DNA from: Octopus bimaculoides
Lineage: Eukaryota
NCBI RefSeq assembly: GCF_001194135.2
Contig: NC_068997.1
Location: 39,084,045-39,148,044 of the forward strand
Direction: 5' to 3'
Length of the DNA: 64,000 bases
The position numbers and the translations under genes are program-made. Below the pieces are notes generated by a model. The model did not search any database, was not told the DNA's origin, and saw nothing but the letters and a program-made list of their open reading frames with translations. This document shows positions 37,974-49,343 of this stretch, one piece after another (position 1 is the first letter of the stretch; the number at the start of each line of letters is the position of its first letter).

Positions 37974-38214
37974 NNNNNNNNNNNNNNNNNNNNNNNNNNN
38001 NNNNNNNNNNNNNNNNNNNNNNNNNNNNNNNNNNNNNNNNNNNNNNNNNNNNNNNNNNNNNNNNNNNNNNNNNNNNNNNNNNNNNNNNNNNNNNNNNNNN
38101 NNNNNNNNNNNNNNNNNNNNNNNNNNNNNNNNNNNNNNNNNNNNNNNNNNNNNNNNNNNNNNNNNNNNNNNNNNNNNNNNNNNNNNNNNNNNNNNNNNNN
38201 NNNNNNNNNNNNNN

Positions 38215-38277
<63 letters not shown>

Positions 38278-39000
38278 AGAGGGAGAGAGAGAAAGTTAGA
38301 AAGAGAGGAATAAATATATATGTGTGTGTGTGTTTGAAGGCACGCCTGTTTGAATATGTATATATATTCATATGCATACATATATAAATATGTAGAAATC
38401 CAATTTCAAACATGAAGTAAAACGGATTATTACAGACATGTAGTGAAACACAGAAATATAGTAGCGAAGCGCACGCTAGAACAGACACACGCATACACAC
38501 ACACACGCACACACAACACACATACACATACATACATATACACTTAACACAGACAGACAGACACACACACGCGTACAAATACACCCTACATATTTACACA
38601 CTGAGACATAGAAAGGCCGAAATCTGAACAGACACAGAGATACACATGTCGGCACAAAACAACAGCAACAACAATAACAACAACATTAACAACAAGCGGA
38701 ACGCATTAAAACCTTCTTTAAATTAAATTCAGTTAAAAGCAAACTCGGTTGAATGAAAAGAATTTACAAAAATAAACTAAATAAGAAAATTAAAAAAAAA
38801 AGAACACAATGAAAATAATAAGTAAAAATAAAAAAGAAACAACTGAAATAAATTTTTTAAAAATGTAAAATTATCATAGAACAATGAGATGAAAAAGAAG
38901 AGAACAAAAATATGAGGCGAAGTATGAGGAAGAGATGATGAGAAAGAAGACTAGCGAGGAGGAACAACAATAATGGTCGCAAGAACAAAGGCAAGAAGCA

Positions 39001-39150
39001 GAAGAAGAAGAAGAAGAAGAAGAAGAAGAAGAAGAAGAAGAAGAAGAAGAAGAAGAAGAAGAAGAAGAAGAAGAGAAAGAAGAAGAAGAAGAAGAAGAAG
39101 AAGAAGAAGAAGAAGAAGAACAAGAACAAGAACAAGAAGAACAAGAAGAA
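39001..39150. repeat. (GAA)n trinucleotide tract with a GAACAA-variant end
   Basis: Seen directly. Confidence 0.97.
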
Positions 39151-39527
39151 AACTGTCATCAAAACCAAGTGCAATGTTGTTGGTTATTCCATTAGAAAAT
39201 TAATCATTCCGCCAGTGATTAGATAGAAAACACATTGGGCGTTATNNNNNNNNNNNNNNNNNNNNNNNNNNNNNNNNNNNNNNNNNNNNNNNNNNNNNNN
39301 NNNNNNNNNNNNNNNNNNNNNNNNNNNNNNNNNNNNNNNNNNNNNNNNNNNNNNNNNNNNNNNNNNNNNNNNNNNNNNNNNNNNNNNNNNNNNNNNNNNN
39401 NNNNNNNNNNNNNNNNNNNNNNNNNNNNNNNNNNNNNNNNNNNNNNNNNNNNNNNNNNNNNNNNNNNNNNNNNNNNNNNNNNNNNNNNNNNNNNNNNNNN
39501 NNNNNNNNNNNNNNNNNNNNNNNNNNN

Positions 39528-39562
<35 letters not shown>

Positions 39563-39685
39563 TTATGCATGTATTCGCGTACGTTAGCATACGCACTCAT
39601 ATTCATACATTGTAGTTGAATATTCAGTGTTTAAGATGTTCACCTGATATTCAAACCATGTCTTCTTTCTCTCTTTCTTGTTCAG

Positions 39686-39787
39686 CACCAGTAAAGGCAG
39701 AGCATTCTGATTCTGTGAATGGCTCATTCTCTACTCAAATACCTTTGACACTCCTGCAATTTCCGATCCACAAGGTCTATAAATTAA
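39686..39787 (+). CDS. Candidate internal coding exon (102 nt, phase 1-1), unknown gene
   Basis: tcttctttctctctttcttgttcag|CACCAG...AAATTAA|gtgagt. Open as PVKAEHSDSVNGSFSTQIPLTLLQFPIHKVYKL. Both splice sites are strong, but no homology is recognised. Confidence 0.45.
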
Positions 39788-39979
39788 GTGAGTAACTAAC
39801 TCTACCTAGTTTTAAATGCCGAATGAAGTAACCAAAGGAATGGTAGGGGAAAGCTGAGGTCAATCAGTATAAGGATAAAACTACTCAAACTTCCCGCTTC
39901 CAGTATCTTCCGCTTTAGTATCTTCAAGCGTTTCCCTAAAGAGACCATGCTTTTGTTGTTAACATAATTTCAATTACCT

Positions 39980-40215
39980 TTTATCTTTTAATTGTTTCAT
40001 TCATGTGATTGCGGCCATGCTGGTGCACCGCCTTGGAGGATTTTAGTCAAATAAATTGATCTTAGGTCTTATTTGTTTTAAAGTCGAGTAATTATTCTAT
40101 CGGCCTTTTATGCTGAACCCCTAGCTTACACAGACGTAAACACACCAACACTGGTTGCCAACTGGTGGAGGGGGGGGGGAGAGAACAAACACAGACACAA
40201 TGACACACACACACA
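39980..40215 (-). mobile_element. SINE family B, 3' half
   Basis: Reverse complement matches the parts at 62870-63000 (caaccggtgttggtgtgtt, gactgaaataagta) and 12281-12338 (gcggtgc.ccagcatg). Confidence 0.75.
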
Positions 40216-40589
40216 TAGTTACACATCCATTAATATACATATATATATATATCAATAATTAAGGGTACTAACAAACAGTACCGGCATGCTAAATATAGCA
40301 GTCAAAATGACAAAATCACAAATTTATTGCTTATAATAATATCAGTGGCCTAGCATGCATAAAAGACCTCATGACGATAAACATTATCAATTAATAATTA
40401 AGGCTATTAACAAGCAGTACCAGCATGCTAGGCCACTGATATTATTATAAACAATAATATACTCTTATATATACCCCCCCCCCATATATATATATATATA
40501 AAGAATAAAAAGTTTTGAATGGTACAACAATGCACTATAATACAAAAAATGGACTATATACCTGTTGTAATTTAGTTATCCATAGTCCG

Positions 40590-40625
40590 ATGATATTTCG
40601 GAATAAATTTCCTTCTTCAGATATT
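40590..40625 (-). ncRNA. Minimal hammerhead ribozyme motif in a pLTR-like fragment
   Basis: AATAT-CTGAAGA-A-GGAA ATTTA TTCC-GAAA-TATC-AT. The core is intact, stem II is a perfect 4 bp, stem III is the palindrome ATAT, and the triplet is AUC. Stem I is only 2 bp. ATATAAAGCC lies about 50 nt upstream. Confidence 0.65.
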
Positions 40626-41284
40626 CCTACATGGAGTCGCTGCTATAATCGGTTTTCGGTTTTCCAACGGCTTTATATNNNNNNNNNNNNNNNNNNNNNN
40701 NNNNNNNNNNNNNNNNNNNNNNNNNNNNNNNNNNNNNNNNNNNNNNNNNNNNNNNNNNNNNNNNNNNNNNNNNNNNNNNNNNNNNNNNNNNNNNNNNNNN
40801 NNNNNNNNNNNNNNNNNNNNNNNNNNNNNNNNNNNNNNNNNNNNNNNNNNNNNNNNNNNNNNNNNNNNNNNNNNNNNNNNNNNNNNNNNNNNNNNNNNNN
40901 NNNNNNNNNNNNNNNNNNNNNNNNNNNNNNNNNNNNNNNNNNNNNNNNNNNNNNNNNNNNNNNNNNNNNNNNNNNNNNNNNNNNNNNNNNNNNNNNNNNN
41001 NNNNNNNNNNNNNNNNNNNNNNNNNNNNNNNNNNNNNNNNNNNNNNNNNNNNNNNNNNNNNNNNNNNNNNNNNNNNNNNNNNNNNNNNNNNNNNNNNNNN
41101 NNNNNNNNNNNNNNNNNNNNNNNNNNNNNNNNNNNNNNNNNNNNNNNNNNNNNNNNNNNNNNNNNNNNNNNNNNNNNNNNNNNNNNNNNNAAGGACGGAA
41201 AAGAGGTGAATTGGTACACAAATACAAATAACAGGAAATTACAACGAGTGTCTTTAGACTAAGGATGAATTAAATTAAACTGGC

Positions 41285-41320
<36 letters not shown>

Positions 41321-41323
<3 letters not shown>

Positions 41324-41475
41324 ACTTCTTTCAGTTTCCGCCTTCCAAATCTACTCACAAGGCTTTGGTCGGCCTGAAGGTGTAGTTGATGATACTTGCC
41401 CTAGGTGCCACACAGAGGGACTGAACCTGGAACCATGTGGTCGGAAAGCATGCTTCTTACCACACACCCCTGCAC
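41321..41475 (-). mobile_element. SINE family B, head region
   Basis: Matches 10475-10634. Confidence 0.85.
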
Positions 41476-41990
41476 CTATTGTTTTAAATCAAAAAGGATT
41501 ATTTGTTGTTTACGTCATAAGAATTTTGAAATTTCGAGAGGCTTGAAATAAATCGTTTTTAACGGTGGAACTTGAAGTAGATAAAGCTATACATAATAGC
41601 GTGTAAATATAGGATTTAAACATCCCTTGGAGAGAAAAGTCGAAAGCTGCTAGTGGCACTTGAACCCACATCTGCAAAAATGACAGGCGTGGTACCAAAG
41701 CAATCCTTCGAGTTTATCCTCTGTCATATTTATGGAAGATGTGTTCGAGTCCTACGATCTGCCTTCGACTTCTCTCCAAGAGATTTTTCACAATTAAGAC
41801 ATTTTTTAATACTTGCTGGATCTAGAGGAAAAGATAGAACGTAAGCCTTGGTAGGAGCTCCAGTTTAATGAAATGGATGACATTTACATTCCAGTTAAAT
41901 TTTGGAAGTCGCGTTCAAATCCCGCTGACGTCAACATTGTCTGTAAATAAAGTACCAGTGTACTCGTTCAGTACTCTAGCTGTTTCCTTC

Positions 41991-42131
41991 TCCCGTCCTC
42001 CTCTTCTCCCGGCCTCCTCTTCTCCCGTCCTCCTCTTCTCCCGTCCTCCTCTTCTCCCGTCCTCCTCTTCTCCCGTCCTCCTCTTCTCCCATCCTCCTCT
42101 TCGCCCGTCCTCCTCTTCTCCCCTCCTCTTC
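41991..42131. repeat. 16-bp minisatellite (TCCCGTCCTCCTCTTC) x about 9
   Basis: Eight full units and one unit with a 3-nt deletion. Confidence 0.95.
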
Positions 42132-42599
42132 CACTCCTTCCTCCACCTTTCACACTGAGGATTCATCTGCCATGGCCCAGCAAGCTGAGACGGTGACAGT
42201 GAGTTCCTCGCGTCGTAGGTTTTACATCGGAATTTAGTTGAAGCCCCTAGCTCAAAAATCACTAAGGTAATTGAGAAAGCCTCCAGCTAATCAGTACTTA
42301 GTCCCTTTTGAGGTAACACTGTGTAACAATATGAGTTGTGAGGTACTGGGGAGTATGGAATAATTCCTTAGTCAGCATTACTCCCAAATCCGCTCTGATC
42401 CGGTAAATACCTGTTAGGATCCTATCTATGAGTTAGTGGCAAAGCATACTGGACATATTCGACGTGTCAACACCTTGCTTCCATGGACATGTCTTGTAGC
42501 ATTCAGTAGCCACCCTCCACCCTAGGTAACTACCTCACTGCCTCAGTTGGGACTCTTTTAACGGCTCCGTCGTTCTACCTTTTTCACCTCTTCCACATC

Positions 42600-43049
42600 A
42601 GCAAATTCCATAGCACCAGTTTTCATCAAGTTATGAACTTCGAAAAAAGGTTCGGATCAACTTCCAGCTGTTCTCTCAATTCATGACTTGCATTCAGTCG
42701 TGAATGCTTTTAACCTTCTGTGAGCAAACGAGGCACACATTTTGCTGCAACTCTCTTCATTCGCAATTCCTCGCTCAAAATTCGTTGGCAGGAGTTCCAG
42801 GACACACCAGTCATATCAAGAAGTTCGTCAATTGTTCGGTAACGGTCCTCCAGATTAGTTCATGAACTTTTGTCCTGAACAAAGCTGGTCTTCAAGCGAC
42901 AAATGACCATTCCTAAAGCGTGGAAACCACCCGTAAACTTGTGTCTTGCTCATGACAGCGTCCTTTTAAGTTGTTTAAAGCATGACAACTGTTCTGGCGA
43001 CTGTTTTCCCTAGCAGAAAACAAAATTTCACGAAAACACGGTGTTTCTT
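42600..43049 (-). mobile_element. Mariner transposase N-terminal half, degenerate
   Basis: KHRVFVKFCFLLGKTVARTVVML..KDAVMSKTQVYGWFPRFRNGHLSLEDQ, followed by frameshifted remnants. The 5' end is lost in a gap. Confidence 0.85.
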
Positions 43050-44899
43050 NNNNNNNNNNNNNNNNNNNNNNNNNNNNNNNNNNNNNNNNNNNNNNNNNNN
43101 NNNNNNNNNNNNNNNNNNNNNNNNNNNNNNNNNNNNNNNNNNNNNATATATATATATATGGCAAATGAAAGACGGAAGCTGGAATATACGAGAATTTATC
43201 ATTAATCACGAGCATTGTTTCGACACATCTAGCATCGATTCCTCTTGGGTGGGACACTCAACAACTGGTGCAGCAGCATCCGGTGATGCAGATGTATCTC
43301 GTCGGGTGCTAAATACGTGTGAGTAATTTTGTGTGTGTATTATACACACACAAACACACAAACGCACACTCACACAAATGCACACACACACAAATGCATG
43401 CATGCATGATGTATGTATGTATGTATGTATGTATGTAAGAAAGAAATTTGCTTTGAAGTCCTTAGAATACTACTGTATGTACGAATTATATTATAGAATC
43501 TACCGGTTTCACTATTTTATAGCTATTCATGACTTACTAATTAATTACGTTGTTATAATTTTCTGATTTCAGAACTTAATTTTGTTGGTGATGCTAGCGA
43601 TATTCTTATAATTTCACAATTTTATAAATCGATGTTCTGGTATCAGGGGAGGTAATTTAGTCTTGTTTATTAATAGTAATTTACGAAGTTGTCAGTAGTT
43701 AATTTATTTTAATTAATAATAACTGATATAAATGCAATCAGTTTTAATGAAACGGAAATATGAATAATAAAAATTGATTAATTAAACCTAAATGTAATTA
43801 AAATTAATTAAATTTGTGTATTTAGACAGGCCTGCTATCTGTCAGTGTATGTGGTCTCCTTATTCAATCGCTGTTGTTCATAAATTTCGTTGCTACATTG
43901 ATACAGAGGAAAAATTTTCAAACTTTTCCCAGCACATGTATCTATCGCCCTCTGAGATATTTGTAGCAGGGAAATCTAATATAGTCTTTATGCGCATAAA
44001 GTCTTCATAATACTCTTCCAGTTTGTCCTATATAATTTTCTCCAAATCCTAAAGAAATTATCATGAAAGCACCAAATCATAAGAGAATTATTAATATTCT
44101 TTAAAAGATAAACTACATAAGCACTGAATTTCATACATAAAATTATATCATGAAAATTTTAGTGTATTTTCTGCTTGGAGACTTGCTTGTTTTTTGGCTG
44201 CATATATTCTTTATTCAAACATATACTCTGTCTCTCCCTCTCTCTCTATGATATATATATATATATATATATACGTGTGTGTGAGTGCGTTTGTGTGTGT
44301 GTATATCTATGCATCATACTTAAAACAGATAAATCGTTAAAAGTCTGTTAAACATCAGTATTCTACTCGAGAATGTATCTCTCATGGAGTTATTAAAAAA
44401 AACCTCAGAAATATAGCAGTAGAAGACGAAATTCGTGCAGCAGCGGTGGTAGCATTGCTAAATATGTATTTCTGCTTCTTTGTGCTTCGTCAGTATCGAG
44501 TAGCAACCACATGCTAAGATAAGAATCTGTCGCTACTAATACCTTCCACTGCCGATTTAGTAAAACAGTGACTGAAAAATCACCGACGTCGCATTTAGCC
44601 GGTTGCCTGAATAAAAATTCGTTATTAGCGACGGAAGCAACATTAGTTCAAAACATGCATCTGTACATCATTCTGTAAGTAGATACATCACTGAAGACCT
44701 AATTAACTGCAGTAAACATTTCAGGAAAGCGTCCCTTATAGACGTAGTGCTAAAAATAAAAAAATATATCTGTAGTAGTTCGAAATCGTCCAACAGCAAC
44801 ACTGTTGTGGCCGTTCTCGATTTGTGACGTCACACCACTTTCTTCATTTATTTTTATTCTGCACTCTTCTAACATGGCTACTAGGTGAGTCTGGAAACC

Positions 44900-46830
44900 A
44901 AATTTGTTTGAAACATTTGGTGACGTTTTTTGTATGAGATCTTTGAGGGATCTTCACTGATAGTAGCTAGCTACCTCTTTCGGATGTGCTGTTTTTTCGG
45001 TGCTCATAGATATTTCTGTTCCGTTCAAAGAATTAAAACCCCAAATGGCAGAGATTCCTCCTTTTTCTTTATCTTCCCAGACAGTCTCGACTTCCATTTG
45101 CTTGGATGCCACAGAGTGAGATGTTTAAGTTCAGGATGTTTCTGATTCACATTTATAGTCTTTCATTGTAATGTTTCCTTGTTGCCATCTCAGAACAAAA
45201 CGTTATTTTCGACAGTCGTTCATTGTTCATCAAAGTCGACAATGGCCATTCCAGCTCAACTGATGCACAGTAGTCATCGCGAAACTTGTCATTTCTGCTT
45301 GTTCTAGGACATAGGAATGACGGTGGCACAAGGACGTCTTCTTGCTCCATACAAATTCTAACACCAAATGATGAGGCGGATCCGTTCAAATAGCAGTGAA
45401 CACTCCATGTTATCATCGAGAGTTGGGATGTTAGCAAGGAATTATAAGGGAAGTACCAAGCTTTTGAAGTATATTTTCTACAATGCTTACGGTAAAAGCT
45501 TTGATCAGACCTTCAAAGAAGAGCTATAGTAGCTTGTGCTCATTGATTGTGCTTTGTAGCAGACAGATTGTAAAAACAAAACCGATTGTACACGTTTAAG
45601 GCAAAATACTTTCTGTGACATAGACAGTGTAGATTCGGTTTTTGGTGAGATATATTCTAGCAAAATTCTTGTTGAAAATTTTCTAGCAATCAAGAGGAGC
45701 AAAATTTCTCTAAGCTTCTCACAATCACCTCAATTTGTGTTCTTGAAAAATTGTTGCAATTTAAGTACCTTTGAGATCAATTGAAACATTTTGTCTCTCT
45801 CAGATGATTGAATTGATGCGATAAGGTAACCAGTAACTGTTCACATATTTTGAAAATTGCAATAGAAATATTGTCTATTATTCTTCCTTTTTGTAAGATG
45901 AAGGAAACTGTAGAATCGGGTCGATGGTGGCAGCATTGACGTTATCTAGACAATTGAGGAGAGTTTCAAAAATGTTTCGTCTAAAGACTAAAGACATGAG
46001 GTTCGTATTTTAGGACTTTTTAATCCATCTGATGATTTGAATGGAGTTATAGTAGACGATGAGGTCAGTAGGTGATTTTCCTGCGCAAAACTTTCTCGCG
46101 CCTCATTGACTACAGTAATTTTTAATATTTCGAAATCCATCAGCCGTTTTGGATTATTGCAGATTCTTGTTTGATAGTTTTTTATTTTCCTTTTTTGGCA
46201 GTTGAAGATGGTTGATTGTCTGAAGTAAGTCGAATTTCTCTATTCAGACTGATAAATGTTGCAATTTCAGGATCGTTTTCATGACACCAATTTTGTGGTA
46301 TCTTTTAGTAATTCCTAAATATTTGTTTCAACTTGATTAGCATCTTCTTTTGGTTAATTCATCATTTTTCGATTAATTCTTGTCAGAGTGGAGGTGGATG
46401 TTGCTGAAGTTCTTCAGAAATACACTTCTCAAATTCAGCATGACGATTAGGATTATGGAGGATGACATTGTTCTTCTTTCTCGGTGGGGGATTTCAAACG
46501 ATGAGTCCAGCAGTTGTTAGTGCTTCTTATAGCTCTCTTATGGTTCTGATAATAATAATCGATGAGATGCTAATGGTTTGATCTCGGGTACATCCAAAAT
46601 GTCTTGTATTTCTCTTCGAGTTTGAACAGGGTATCGATAATAGCAAGGCTATACTCAGAACAAGCATCCAGCAATATAAAACATTAGAGATGGTATTACC
46701 GACTCCTTCTTTCCTCCGTAGATTCTTCGAAATTGGTCGGTGTCTTGAACTGGAGCATACACGCTGTTCGTGGATATGTACTTCTTTGATCAGACACCGT
46801 GATTTGAAACCAAAACCAACATCATGTTAG
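44900..46830 (-). mobile_element. Degenerate RTE-type LINE (endonuclease to RT)
   Basis: DVGFGFKS, SVYAP, CSEYSLAIIDTLFKLEEKYKTFWMYPRSNH*HLIDY (about 46556-46609; TWMHPRSKHWHLLDY motif). GVRICMEQEDVLVPPSF resembles GV.QG.VL.P.LF. Confidence 0.8.
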
Positions 46831-46958
46831 AGTAAAAATGGTTATTTCAAGTTAGATTCCAATTTCATTCCCATCAGTGTTATTTCGTAATGGTATCATA
46901 TACTAAATATTATTACTTATCATTCTAGGTATAGCATAATATGTGGTGTATGATTTCT

Positions 46959-47092
<134 letters not shown>

Positions 47093-47181
47093 TCTGTATT
47101 TTCTGTGTGTGAGTGTGTGTGTGTGTGTGTGTGTCTGTCTGTCTATCTATCTATCGATATATCCATCTATACATGCATGTA

Positions 47182-47244
<63 letters not shown>

Positions 47245-48435
47245 GCATCATCACACCCTCTTTCTGTACTCTCACACATACATGCATGCATACACACACA
47301 CATGTATACTGTGTATATATAAATCAAACATGCACACAAGTATAAAGACAATGAATCTACAATACCTATAACTGACATAAAAAAAGTAGTACACATATAT
47401 AGACATGGTGCTCACAAAATTATATAAACGCTGTTTATATATAACTACATGCAGGCAACACCCTCATAGTTCTAAAGATAGGCAATGTAGAGAACTATGC
47501 AGAAAGTAGGAATATAGCCCAAAGGCTTTAGCAATTGAGAAAAAAATCGCTTAGTAACTTTGAATAGTATATTGCTGTAAGAAAAACGTTTTTTTCCCTT
47601 ACAAGTTGAAATTTTCAGAGAATACGCAAGATACACACACTTACACACATATTTACATCCACCGCCCAACAACACACACCACATACGTTCATAAATACAA
47701 GTGCATATCAATACATTTTTTTTTAATGTAACTATTATATGAACGTCTCTTCCTATTACTACTGTGTGCAATCATAATTTCACTTCTATCTCTTTCTTTT
47801 TACTTTGGCGACTATGTCTGTGTGTCTCTCCCTCACTCGCACCGCTGCCTATCTATTCATAGTCATAATTTTCACTTTATCTTCCACTGCAACACATACA
47901 ATTTCATATATATATATATATNNNNNNNNNNNNNNNNNNNNNNNNNNNNNNNNNNNNNNNNNNNNNNNNNNNNNNNNNNNNNNNNNNNNNNNNNNNNNNN
48001 NNNNNNNNNNNNNNNNNNNNNNNNNNNNNNNNNNNNNNNNNNNNNNNNNNNNNNNNNNNNNNNNNNNNNNNNNNNNNNNNNNNNNNNNNNNNNNNNNNNN
48101 NNNNNNNNNNNNNNNNNNNNNNNNNNNNNNNNNNNNNNNNNNNNNNNNNNNNNNNNNNNNNNNNNNNNNNNNNNNNNNNNNNNNNNNNNNNNNNNNNNNN
48201 NNNNNNNNNNNNNNNNNNNNNNNNNNNNNNNNNNNNNNNNNNNNNNNNNNNNNNNNNNNNNNNNNNNNNNNNNNNNNNNNNNNNNNNNNNNNNNNNNNNN
48301 NNNNNNNNNNNNNNNNNNNNNNNNNNNNNNNNNNNNNNNNNNNNNNNNNNNNNNNNNNNNNNNNNNNNNNNNNNNNTATATATATATGTATGTATGTATA
48401 TATATATATATGTATGTATATACATTTGTATGTAT

Positions 48436-48474
<39 letters not shown>

Positions 48475-49290
48475 CATATATATGTATATATAAATATATA
48501 TACATATAAGCATATGTAGGTGGGTATATATACACACGTACACATACACACAAGCACACTTATGCATCTCTATACGCGCTTCTGAGTGTATATGCTTCTT
48601 TATTTGCATATTGATATACATATATGCATACATACACATACAAACATACATACGCATGCATACACATATGCGCATGCACGCACGCACATATGCACAAGAA
48701 CACACATAGGTACACATTTACATATGCTTTTGCTTCTCCCTCCATCCCTCCCTCCCTCCATCCTTTTTTGCTGCTAGTTACAATGTTACACGTCTAATCG
48801 AATTTCAATCTTTAAGATGATATAAAAATTACTGTTGTGTTCTTTTCAGAATATCTTTGTCACACAATGTAACTCGTACGCTGTGTTAAAAAGAAATATG
48901 TCAACACATTAACGCCCACCTACGGACACATAATCATACATACACACAAGCATATGCACAAACATCTACATACATAATTCATATATACGTATGTACATAC
49001 ATACACACACATATATACACGTGTATGTATGTATATATGCATAGGCATACATGCAGAGTCTATTATGAATTGTCTGTGTGAAGCACGCATTGCTTTTCTC
49101 ATTTGCATACACGGATATGCCTTCATATGAAACTCTTTTCAGTCACTGATCATTAATTTTCATTATAGTAAATCACAAAATAATAAGAAAAATATTCGTA
49201 ACCGTCGATTCTAAAGAGATCAGTCAACACGGTGCATGAATGTGCGTGTTTATTAGAATATTGATTAATAAAAGCATTAATCTACGTAAC

Positions 49291-49343
<53 letters not shown>

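Noticed and set aside
38973-39203. Poly-Arg (protamine-like) ORF
   Set aside because: It is a reading of the (GAA)n tract.
41991-42131. CRISPR-like array
   Set aside because: Units are contiguous with no spacers, there are no cas genes, and the context is eukaryotic.
44691-44733. Hammerhead-like CTGAAGA...GAAAGCGTC
   Set aside because: Stems II and III cannot form.
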